From: Planctomycetota bacterium
Lineage (GTDB): Bacteria > Planctomycetota > UBA8108 > SXIK01
Assembly: GCA_965223265.1 (NCBI GenBank)
Contig: OZ244999.1
Coordinates: 2,528,001 to 2,592,000 of the forward strand
DNA length: 64,000 bases
Direction: 5' to 3'
Shown: one piece after another, positions 1 to 8,408 of the stretch
Numbering within the stretch: the stretch's first letter is position 1
Layout: each line of letters starts with the position of its first letter
The notes under the pieces: model-generated
Told to the model about the DNA's origin: nothing
What the model saw: the letters and a program-made list of their open reading frames with translations, nothing else
Database searches by the model: none
Program-made: the position numbers and the translations under genes

Positions 1-484
1 CATGCGAGATGATGGAGCCGAACGACGGCCGCTCGTTGTTCGGATTCAAAGCACGGTTGAACGACGCCGTTGGGTGGTAGCCGGTCAGCATGTAGTGATC
101 GGCGAGACCGTGACCTGAGTTCGTGTGCGTCAGCGAGCGGATGAACGAGACCTTGTCCATCTGCGTCGCCAGCTTCGGCATGTGCTCGCAAACTTGGATG
201 CCCGGAACGTTCGTCGAGATCGGTTGGAACTCACCCCGAAACTCGCTCGGCGCGTCCGGCTTCAAATCCCACGAATCGATCGTGCTCAAACCGCCGCGCA
301 AGAAGACGTAGATGAGCGACATCTCGCTATCGACAGGTCTTTTCCCCTCGGAGGCTGTCGCAGCGTGCGCCTGCGCCTCGAGCAGGTAGGGAAGCGAGAG
401 TCCCATGCCGAACAGATTTGCGCTGCCGATGCGAAGGAACTCACGCCGTTCGACTCCGTCGCACTGTTTCCGACTGATCTTCAT
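1..484 (-). CDS. DUF1501 domain protein (planctomycete sulfatase-fold family), 5' part; runs off the window edge
   Basis: Manual translation from ATG at 484: MKISRKQCDGVERREFLRIGSANLFGMGLSL...IYVFLRGGLSTIDSWDLKPDAPSEFRGEFQPISTNVPGIQVCEH...; lies directly downstream of a DUF1549/1553 gene. Not in the ORF track because it is open-ended. Confidence 0.85.
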   Translation of the reverse strand, partial: MKISRKQCDGVERREFLRIGSANLFGMGLSLPYLLEAQAHAATASEGKRPVDSEMSLIYVFLRGGLSTIDSWDLKPDAPSEFRGEFQPISTNVPGIQVCEHMPKLATQMDKVSFIRSLTHTNSGHGLADHYMLTGYHPTASFNRALNPNNERPSFGSIISH

Positions 485-549
485 ATCGTATGACCCTTGC
501 AGTGAACCGTTTCGATTTTGAGTCTTGTGATCAGATTTCGATCGTGTTC

Positions 550-3051
550 CTAGTGATTGAGCGCGAACTCAAGCGAGTTGAGTAGGCTCCACGCTAAATC
601 CACCGCGGCTTGCCGTCGCCGCGAGCGATGAGAGCTGAGATGCTTCGCGGCGAACTCCTGCTCTTCCGCGGTGGGATATCGATTGTAGAAACTGAGATAA
701 ACTTCAGTCACGAGTTTGGCGTCGTCCCGGATCTCGCGTTCGAGGCGAGCTACGGTGCCGCCGTCGTGGACGAGCTTGTTGTGGATGAGTGGCGAGTTCA
801 TCAGGTGAAGGACCTGCGCAACGTTGGGCTCGCTCACCCGTTCGCATTCGCAAGCGCTCTTGCGAATGGGGCGCCCGAAGAGATCCAAAAAGTCGTGTTC
901 GACCTGACTGTCCCAGAGGGCGATGGCTCGCTGGCCGTACGGCACGCCGCCGAATTTTTCGGGCACGCCGGTGACCTGGCACACCGCATCGAGGAGAACT
1001 TCCGCTTCGAGCGGTTTGAGAAGGGCGCGAGAGTAGTTTTGCTCGTCGTTTTGGTTCGTCGCGTTTGGTGTTGATGAAAGACCGTAGACGCGTGACGCGG
1101 TGATGGTACGAATCAGTGCCCGCAGATCGAAGCCGCTCTCAACGAAGTAAGCTGCGAGCGCATCATGCAGCTCGGCGTTACTGGGTGGGTTCGTGGCGCG
1201 AAAGTCGTCGACTGGCTCGACAAGACCGCGGCCCATGAAGTGCGCCCAGACGCGATTCGTCAGGTTGTGCGCAAACCACGGATTTTTTGCCGCGGTCAGC
1301 CAGTCGGCAAGAACGAGCCGACGGTCGCCGCTCGGCGCTGCGCTCGGCATGCTCGTACCGAGCGCGTGGGCGTAAACGACCTTGCCACTGCGTGGGTGCT
1401 TGGTCTCGGGATTGCCAGCGGCCATGAGAAACTCGCCGCGTGGCGACTTCTTCGTCTCGAGCTGCGTGAAGAAATCCACCATGCCATAGTAGTCAGTCTG
1501 ACTCCAACGATCGTAGGGATGATGGTGGCACTCAGCGCAGTCGATCCGTAGTCCCAGGAACACCTGGGAAACCGTGGTGGCGCGCGCGCCTGGTTTTTCG
1601 ACGACGCGAAAGAGGCTTCCCTGGGGCGCCTCGTCGAGAGGGCCTTCTGCCGTCAGGATTTCGTAGACGAATCGATCCAGCGGCTTGTTCTCGGCGAGAC
1701 TGTCGCGGATCCAGCGGTAGTATTCGTAGGCGCCTTTATGTCCGAGGACGTCACGATCAACGCGCAGGCGGTCGGCCCACTTGAGAGCCCAATACGTCGC
1801 ATATTCCGGGCGCTCGAAGAGAGCCTCCACCAAGCGCGCTCGCTTGTCGGACGCCTTGTCGGCGATGAAGCGCCGGGTCTCGTCCACCGTCGGCAGAGTG
1901 CCAATCACATCGAGAAAGACGCGGCGGAGAAAATCAGCGTCGCTGGCTGGCCCTGACGGGACGACATTCAGCTTGCGCAGTTTCGCGTAGACCAGCTCGT
2001 CGATGAAATTGTTGGCGACAAGCTGCGGGTAGTCGTCAATCGTTTCCGCACGGGGTATCAGGGCGCGAAAAGTATTCACCGCGCCATGAAAGTTCGCCAT
2101 GATGGCGACCTGGCCGGGGATGCTCCCGACGGTCACAAGACCGAACTCGTCGACCGAAGCCAGCCCTTCATTGTTCGATTGATACTTGGCGAGCGGCGTC
2201 ACGTCGACCTCATGCCCGTCGCTGTAGGTGGCGACGACGCGCAGCTGCTGCGTGCTCTTCATGCGCAAACGGCGTTCACCCGGCGTCACGACGATGCCGC
2301 GGACCGTCGGCGCGTCGTCGCGTCCATACGGGACGCCTGCACGCATCCAACCGCGCAGCGTCTGGTATGCCCACGAGTCGACCTCAAAGCGCCGCCCGCC
2401 ACCGTGAGGAATCTGGTTCGTGGCTTTGCGCAGAAGGAGGCTAAGGTCCGGGGCGGCGAACGAGACGCGTCGGCCCCGGGCGTCAGCGACGAGCTCGTCG
2501 TAGTCGGCGGCGGCGTCAAAGCCAAACACCGAGAGCTGAAAGCCGTTCTGGCCGCCGTTGGCCTTGGCGTGGCAACCGGAGCCGTTGCAGCCGAAGCGCG
2601 TCATGATCGGCAGAACGTCATTCTCAAAATGAAACTCCCTGGGGCGGTCGAAATCTCTCACCTCAACGGCAACCTCGACGCTGCGTCCAGCAGCTTCGAC
2701 TTCGATGGCGGCGGACCCGGCAGCGACCGCGCTCACGACCCCGCGCTCGGAGACGAGCGCGATCTCAGGGTGTCGTGAGCGGAACCGAGCCTCGTGGGTG
2801 AGATCAAACTCGGGCAATAACTCCTCGGGCAATAACTCACCGCCGTCGGGGGCCTTCGCGGCTCGGCCGTGGACGAGAATCGAGTAGGTTTCGGTGGCGC
2901 CGCGCAGAATGATCGACCGCGGCGAGACTCGGATTTCGGTTTCTCCGGCTGCGGCCGTGACCTCGGAACCGTGGACACTGCGGTCGGCTGGGGTGCTCAG
3001 GGCCCCGAGAAGCGACAGGCAGAGAATCGCTAGAAACAGCAAACAGCTCAT
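550..3051 (-). CDS. DUF1549/DUF1553 (PSD1/PSCyt2) protein with Ig-like (Big_2) domains
   Basis: Signal peptide; GCNGSGCH; DADFLRRVFLDVIGTLPT; IDCAECHHHPYDRW; NRVWAHFMGRGLVEPVDD; C-terminal DLAWSLLNSLEFALNH. Confidence 0.9.
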   Translation of the reverse strand: MSCLLFLAILCLSLLGALSTPADRSVHGSEVTAAAGETEIRVSPRSIILRGATETYSILVHGRAAKAPDGGELLPEELLPEFDLTHEARFRSRHPEIALVSERGVVSAVAAGSAAIEVEAAGRSVEVAVEVRDFDRPREFHFENDVLPIMTRFGCNGSGCHAKANGGQNGFQLSVFGFDAAADYDELVADARGRRVSFAAPDLSLLLRKATNQIPHGGGRRFEVDSWAYQTLRGWMRAGVPYGRDDAPTVRGIVVTPGERRLRMKSTQQLRVVATYSDGHEVDVTPLAKYQSNNEGLASVDEFGLVTVGSIPGQVAIMANFHGAVNTFRALIPRAETIDDYPQLVANNFIDELVYAKLRKLNVVPSGPASDADFLRRVFLDVIGTLPTVDETRRFIADKASDKRARLVEALFERPEYATYWALKWADRLRVDRDVLGHKGAYEYYRWIRDSLAENKPLDRFVYEILTAEGPLDEAPQGSLFRVVEKPGARATTVSQVFLGLRIDCAECHHHPYDRWSQTDYYGMVDFFTQLETKKSPRGEFLMAAGNPETKHPRSGKVVYAHALGTSMPSAAPSGDRRLVLADWLTAAKNPWFAHNLTNRVWAHFMGRGLVEPVDDFRATNPPSNAELHDALAAYFVESGFDLRALIRTITASRVYGLSSTPNATNQNDEQNYSRALLKPLEAEVLLDAVCQVTGVPEKFGGVPYGQRAIALWDSQVEHDFLDLFGRPIRKSACECERVSEPNVAQVLHLMNSPLIHNKLVHDGGTVARLEREIRDDAKLVTEVYLSFYNRYPTAEEQEFAAKHLSSHRSRRRQAAVDLAWSLLNSLEFALNH

Positions 3052-3334
3052 ACGGCCCGCACCTGTTGACTGGAGGAGGAACTTGCTCGTTTGAATCGAA
3101 GCCGTTGTCGTGGCTTGGGTTACACCACGCGCCGGCTACGACCGGCATAGCCTAACGGAAACACCGAAGACTGTTCAACAACCTTCGCCTCAGCGTTCAG
3201 GATTCGCGGCTGCTCGCGGTCGACGAGTCGCGCCTCGTCCGGAGAACGTGCGAGGTGGTGTCGGCTTCGTAAGTTATTTGATCGAAGTGCTTTGTGAGCT
3301 TTCGGGGCCGCCATCCGTGGCCTGTCAGATGCCC

Positions 3335-4930
3335 TCAGCCCTCCGTCAACTGGCGAACGAGTTCCATTGCGTGGTCTTCGTAAAGGCGCTGCCAACCAGC
3401 CCCTAAAAGGCAGTCGCTGTCCTCCTGCGCGCCGCCGACGTTTCGTAGCTGCTCTTCGGTGGGGGCGTAGTAGATGTAGCCGTTCGTGTATCCGGCGACG
3501 AATGTGAACGCGTGTTCAGAGGCGCGTTTGATATTGAGCCCGATGCGAACGGTCAACTCGCCTGGGAATGTCGTCAGGACGAAGTCACCGATCCGCAGCC
3601 CCATGAGTTCGACTTCGATGGTGTCTCGGCCGCTGGCAACGCGGCGTGATTCGTGTTTGCGCAGCAGTTTGAGGTTGGTTTGGAGGCGCGTCAGCTCCTC
3701 CATGGTCTGCACGTTGCGCACGTACTGCGTCATGTTGCGGCGGTTTTCTGCGTCGAGCCTGCTGAGGTGTTCTCGGCCAACCGCCTTGTCGTGCAGATAG
3801 CGGTGAGAGTAGTAGGAGGGGAAGTCTCTCGAGAGGTTGTACTTCACAGCGAGGTGAAGGAACGTTTTCAGGTTGAGGCTTGTGCCGGTGAGCGCCGCAA
3901 GTAGGCGCTGCTGCTCGGCTTCCATGGCGGCGATGCGCGTCGCGAGCTTTGCCCTCGGGAGCTCGATCACGCGGCGCACGACGCGGAGTCGAGAGTCCGC
4001 TTTGGTCTGGACCCGGCGAAGTGCTCGCAGGGTGCTGAGCCCAAGCAGGTTGCCGAGTGGCTCCGCGTCTCGCGGGTGGTCGACATCTTTGTACCAGACC
4101 GGATTGATGTCGCCCGCGCACCCCTGCACGAACAGCGCGACTGTCCCGGCGCTCAAGTTGTCCTCAATCACCTGCGAGGCAAACCCCGTCACGTCTGCCG
4201 TGTTACCGCCGCTCGGAACGCCTTGGATCGGGTGGCAAGCGAAATTGTAGACGACCGCCAGAGTACGGCCGTCGGTTCGGTCGAGCCGCAGCACCCCGAT
4301 CTCCGGGTCGACCGGACCGACTGCGACGACGGCATCGTCGGGCGGCAGGGAGTACGCGTGACGCACATCGGCCTCCCTGCCGCTCTTGAGTTTAAGCCGA
4401 CGGTTTTCCATGATCCGGTCTTCATGCCCGGTGCCGGTGCCGACTTTCACCGGCACAACACGCTGAGCAGCGTCTCTCACCGCTTGGACCGTTCGCGCCT
4501 CGATGTCGGAACAAACGACTCCGTGGCAGTGACTGGCGTTGATGAGGACGTTTTCCGGCGCGATCCCGAGTTCTTCCTTCAGACGCGAGCGAACTCGTGC
4601 CAAGTAGTCGTTGCCGATGGAGCCGATCTCGGCAATGGCGACCGCGTCGACCGTGATCAGCACGACGCTGGCCGATTCGGCGCGCAGCACGAGCGCTTTG
4701 ACGTAGAGACGGTCATTGATCGGACCCGCTTCGACGTTCGTGATGTCGACTTTCGCAGCCCCGGCCTGGATCTCGGCGCCGACGATGTGAGGCGGCAGCG
4801 CTGCGGCGGCGCAGAGCCACGCGGTGAGCGTCAGAAGTCGGTAGCGATCCACTCGTCGAGATTTCATGCGCCCGACGAATCTGCCGAGAGAGTTACCCGC
4901 GAGTCCGCCAGTGATCGTGTTCCACTTCAT
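3335..4930 (-). CDS. Neutral/alkaline ceramidase-like secreted hydrolase
   Basis: AGAAKVDIT, DRLYVKALVL, INASHCH, YNFACHP, FVQGCAGDINP, FPGELTV, GYTNGYIYYAPT motifs; start uncertain (4930 or 4867). Confidence 0.7.
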   Translation of the reverse strand: MKWNTITGGLAGNSLGRFVGRMKSRRVDRYRLLTLTAWLCAAAALPPHIVGAEIQAGAAKVDITNVEAGPINDRLYVKALVLRAESASVVLITVDAVAIAEIGSIGNDYLARVRSRLKEELGIAPENVLINASHCHGVVCSDIEARTVQAVRDAAQRVVPVKVGTGTGHEDRIMENRRLKLKSGREADVRHAYSLPPDDAVVAVGPVDPEIGVLRLDRTDGRTLAVVYNFACHPIQGVPSGGNTADVTGFASQVIEDNLSAGTVALFVQGCAGDINPVWYKDVDHPRDAEPLGNLLGLSTLRALRRVQTKADSRLRVVRRVIELPRAKLATRIAAMEAEQQRLLAALTGTSLNLKTFLHLAVKYNLSRDFPSYYSHRYLHDKAVGREHLSRLDAENRRNMTQYVRNVQTMEELTRLQTNLKLLRKHESRRVASGRDTIEVELMGLRIGDFVLTTFPGELTVRIGLNIKRASEHAFTFVAGYTNGYIYYAPTEEQLRNVGGAQEDSDCLLGAGWQRLYEDHAMELVRQLTEG

Positions 4931-5036
4931 GGTGAGCAGCTCCAAGAAGAATACCGAGCGTTGTCAGTGTCATTCGGATGCGTGGTAGGATATCGGCGCA
5001 GAGGGTTCGCGGACGATACCAGAGCTGGAGTATGCC

Positions 5037-5528
5037 GTGGAAAAAGTCGCACTGTTCGTCGACGTGCAAAACATCTACTACACGACGAAAGAGGCTCACG
5101 GCTGCCACTTCGACTACCGATCGTTTTGGCAGGCGGCGACCTCTGGACGGCAGGTCGTCGGCGCGAACGCTTACGCGATCGACCGTGGCGATGGAACGCA
5201 GAGGCGCTTTCAGGAGATCCTCAAGCAGATTGGCTTCGAGGTCAAGCTGAAGCCGTTCATTCGACGCCGCGACGGCTCCGCCAAGGGCGATTGGGATGTC
5301 GGGATCGCCCTCGACATGATGGAGTATGCCGAAGTTGCCGACGTGCTCGTCTTGGCCTCGGGCGACGGAGACTTCGATCTCGCTCTCCGGCGTGCGAAAG
5401 ACAAGTTCGACGCCGCCACGGAGGTGTATGGCGTCGCCGGACTGACGGCTGCCTCCCTGATCAGTGCGGCGTCGCGCTACATACCGGTTCAGGGCGAGCT
5501 GCTTCTGGATCCAGGCGAGAAGAAATAG
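5037..5528 (+). CDS. NYN domain protein (LabA/DUF88 family)
   Basis: VALFVDVQNIYY, KGDWDVGIALD and LASGDGDF acidic PIN-fold motifs. Confidence 0.9.
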   Translation: MEKVALFVDVQNIYYTTKEAHGCHFDYRSFWQAATSGRQVVGANAYAIDRGDGTQRRFQEILKQIGFEVKLKPFIRRRDGSAKGDWDVGIALDMMEYAEVADVLVLASGDGDFDLALRRAKDKFDAATEVYGVAGLTAASLISAASRYIPVQGELLLDPGEKK

Positions 5529-5684
5529 ACCGTTGCCGCAGAAACCAGGTGAACCGCTGGCAAGCTCACAGAGCGCTGACGTCCATACGCTCGCACATCG
5601 CCCCGGCGCGGCGCGCGTCTAATGAGCCGCAGGCTGCTAACGCTCCACTCGAGGCGAGTGCGGGTTTCAACCAGTGACTGGCTG

Positions 5685-6164
5685 CTAGCCAGAAACAGGA
5701 ATTTTTTTGCGAGCCTTCTTTGCCTTCTCCGTCTTGGGCAGCGTCACCGTAAGGACGCCCCTTTTGAACTTTGCGTCGACCCGCTCCGATTCGATTTCCG
5801 TTGGTAGAGGGATGATCCGCTCGAATCTGCCGAAAGAACTTTCCTTGATTTGAATACCCTCTTCGGTGCGTTCCGACTCGTCTTTCTTCTCCCCTCGGAT
5901 GGTCAATGAGTTCTCGTCGAGCAGGAGCTCTACGTTCTTTTCGTCCATGCCTGGAAGTTCCGCCTTCACTTTGATGTTCGCGTCAGTTTCCGAGATGTCG
6001 ACTGTCGGCGAAAACGAACCATCATCGTCGCTAAAACGCAGCGGCTGCGTGAAGAAGTTGTCGAAGAGACGATTCACTTCCCGGCGGAAAGCTGTGACCG
6101 AGTCATCTCCGCTCTGACGTGCGGCAGCGCGCGTTTTCCATGGCACGAGGTCGGTGAATTTCAT
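5685..6164 (-). CDS. Hsp20/alpha-crystallin small heat-shock protein
   Basis: PTVDISET, AELPGM, LTIRGEKK, FGRFERIIPLP, AKFKRGVLTVTLPK, KIPV; AAGGAG RBS upstream. Confidence 0.95.
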   Translation of the reverse strand: MKFTDLVPWKTRAAARQSGDDSVTAFRREVNRLFDNFFTQPLRFSDDDGSFSPTVDISETDANIKVKAELPGMDEKNVELLLDENSLTIRGEKKDESERTEEGIQIKESSFGRFERIIPLPTEIESERVDAKFKRGVLTVTLPKTEKAKKARKKIPVSG

Positions 6165-6263
6165 GGCCTATACTCCTTTCTTGAGCAGGGGCCGCACCGC
6201 GGCCGCTGCGGCGCTCGAATTACGACGCGGAATGTTGCCGGACCGGCATCACTCAAAAGCGAA

Positions 6264-6279
6264 AGCAAAACATGTGCCG
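6264..6279 (-). promoter_or_regulatory. Putative sigma54 (-24/-12) promoter for hsp20
   Basis: Minus strand CGGCACATGTTTTGCT: GG-N10-GC spacing with GGCAC and TTGC boxes, about 100 bp upstream of the hsp20 ATG. Confidence 0.5.
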
Positions 6280-6506
6280 CTGGCACACCACTTTTTGTGC
6301 GCTGCTCGATCCGCTGCTGGACGCCGAAACGGGGAGGGGGCACGTGCACGAGCGCGGATTTTTCTTCAGAGCTCGGAAAATGACGCATCCTCGGTCGGCG
6401 GATTTTTCCACGGAGCGTGTACACACGCGTCACGTTGCGCGTGGAACGAAATGTGCGCTTTTTCTCCGCGAAAGTTCCGTCAGTTGAATCCTCTCGCGAG
6501 AAAATC

Positions 6507-7511
6507 ATGGCCTCGATTCAGTTCGGAGTGTCGGCCTTGGTGATCGTCACCTGCGGCGTCGCGCTGACGCGTTTTGCTGACGCGATGGCGAGCCACACCC
6601 GGCTGGGACGACTCTGGATCGGAACACTGTTTCTCGCTGCTGCTACGTCGCTGCCAGAGCTTTCAGTCGACATCGCGGCTGCGCGGCGTGGTCTCCCGGA
6701 TGTCGCCGTGGGAGATCTGCTGGGGAGCAGCCTCTTCAATCTCCTGATTCTCGCAGTGCTCGATCTCTCTCGTCTGGCGCGCGGTCACCTGCTGTCGCGA
6801 GCGGCGTCGGCGCACGCTCTCGCCGGAGTCGTGGGGATTGTCCTGATCGCATTGGCCGCCGGCTCGATCCTCCTTGGGTCACTCGCAAATGTCGGGTCGA
6901 TTGGCTGGGGCAGCTTGGCGATCGCTGCTGCGTACATGCTGTGTGTGCGTCTCGTCTACTGCGACCAGATATGGACTGCTGGTGCCAACGGTGGGGCGCT
7001 TGAGGCTAAACGGCCATCGCCGAGCCGGCTCTCACTTCGACAGGCGGTGCTTGGATTCTCGTTGACAGCCGGTGGGATCCTCGTCGCCGGGCCTGTTCTC
7101 GCCTCCTCGGCTGGGGAGTTGGCAGAACAAACGGGATTGGGCGACACGTTCGTAGGTACGACCCTCGTCGCTCTCGCAACGTCGCTCCCCGAACTCGTCA
7201 CGACGCTCACCGCGTTGCGCATTGGTGCGATCGATTTGGCCGTTGGTAATATCTATGGCAGCAACGCCCTAAATGTGTTTCTTCTCGCCGTGGTCGACTT
7301 TGCCTATGAAAAGCCTCTGCTATCTGTGGTTTCCTCGCTCCACGTTTTCACTTGCCTGGCCACAGTCATTATGACGGGTATCGCTGTCCTCTCGCAGCTT
7401 GCGCATATGGATGGACGTGGACGCGCCGTGAAGCCAGGTGCATGGCTGATCATCGCGCTCGCTCTCGGTGCCCTTGGCGTGATCTATTCTCTACGTGACG
7501 GGCTCTCATGA
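6507..7511 (+). CDS. Sodium:calcium antiporter (CaCA/YrbG family)
   Basis: Two alpha repeats, AAATSLPEL...GDLLGSSLFN and ALATSLPEL...GNIYGSNALN; about 10 TM segments. Confidence 0.9.
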   Translation: MASIQFGVSALVIVTCGVALTRFADAMASHTRLGRLWIGTLFLAAATSLPELSVDIAAARRGLPDVAVGDLLGSSLFNLLILAVLDLSRLARGHLLSRAASAHALAGVVGIVLIALAAGSILLGSLANVGSIGWGSLAIAAAYMLCVRLVYCDQIWTAGANGGALEAKRPSPSRLSLRQAVLGFSLTAGGILVAGPVLASSAGELAEQTGLGDTFVGTTLVALATSLPELVTTLTALRIGAIDLAVGNIYGSNALNVFLLAVVDFAYEKPLLSVVSSLHVFTCLATVIMTGIAVLSQLAHMDGRGRAVKPGAWLIIALALGALGVIYSLRDGLS

Positions 7512-8326
7512 CGACACCCCGCTCTACCGCACTGAAGCTCCGCTCAACGATCGTCGAGCCTCACAGGTTGAGTCGCGAGGACGTGCTGGGAGTTCTCGGA
7601 AGTGATCAACAAGTAGGCTTAACAGTCGCCGAAGCACAGCAGCGTGTCAAAGAGTGCGGCTGGAACGAGATCGCTACCGCGCCGCCGATCCCATTGTGGC
7701 GGAAGTTCGCTGCACAGTTCCGAGAGTTGGTGATCTGGATTCTCATCGTCGCGGCCCTTCTCTTCGGTGTTCTCGGTGATTGGCCCGATGCGCTCGCCAT
7801 TCTGACGATCGTCGTCCTGAACGCGTTTCTCGGTTTTCTTCAGCAGGAACGGGCAGAGCGTTCTCTCAACGCTCTGAGGAAACTCTCGGCGCCGCAAGCC
7901 AAGTCAATTCGCGGTGGTTTGCTGCAGGTCGTGCCGACTAGAGAGTTGGTGCCTGGGGATGTGATCGAGCTCGAGGCTGGCGATCACATTCCCGCCAACG
8001 CTCGAATTCTTGAGTCGTATGAACTCAAGGCGCAGGAGGCATCGCTGACAGGCGAATCCGTGGCAGCGAGCAAAGACCATCGAGCTCTCCTAGCCGGCGA
8101 CGCGGCAATAGGAGACCGCGTCAACATGGTGCACTTCGGCACGATCGTCGCAGCAGGCAAGGCAAGAGCGGTCGTTGTCCGCACGGGCATGGAAATCGAG
8201 CTCGGGCAGATTGCCGGGATGCTTCAAAGCTACGACCGTGAGCCAACTCCCCTGCAGCGTCGACTGCGGCAACTCGGAAGGCTCTCGTTTGGGACGGCGA
8301 CAGCGACTGTGGCATCGATCGGATGA
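7508..8326 (+). pseudogene. Truncated cation-transporting P-type ATPase (N-terminal and actuator domains only)
   Basis: GLTVAEAQQR, ELVPGDVIELEAGDHIPAN, EASLTGES, TGMEIELGQIA, TPLQRRL are present; ORF stops before TM3/TM4 and the DKTGT phosphorylation site, with ppsA 80 bp later. Confidence 0.8.
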
Positions 8327-8408
8327 GAACGCGCGTGGTAGAGGTCCAGGCGCTGATGAGTGAACGTAGCGATAGCGACGAACGAAAAGCCAACCAGACT
8401 ACGCGGAG

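Noticed and set aside
2812-2840. 15-bp duplication giving ELLPEELLPE, and the 11-bp CGTCTCAGCTT repeat near 29670
   Set aside because: Short local slippage events with no sign of function.
4076-5677. Long antisense or shadow ORFs (e.g. 4076-5677, 16841-17929, 21486-22535, 8787-9767)
   Set aside because: They overlap well-supported genes and are typical stop-poor shadows in high-GC DNA.
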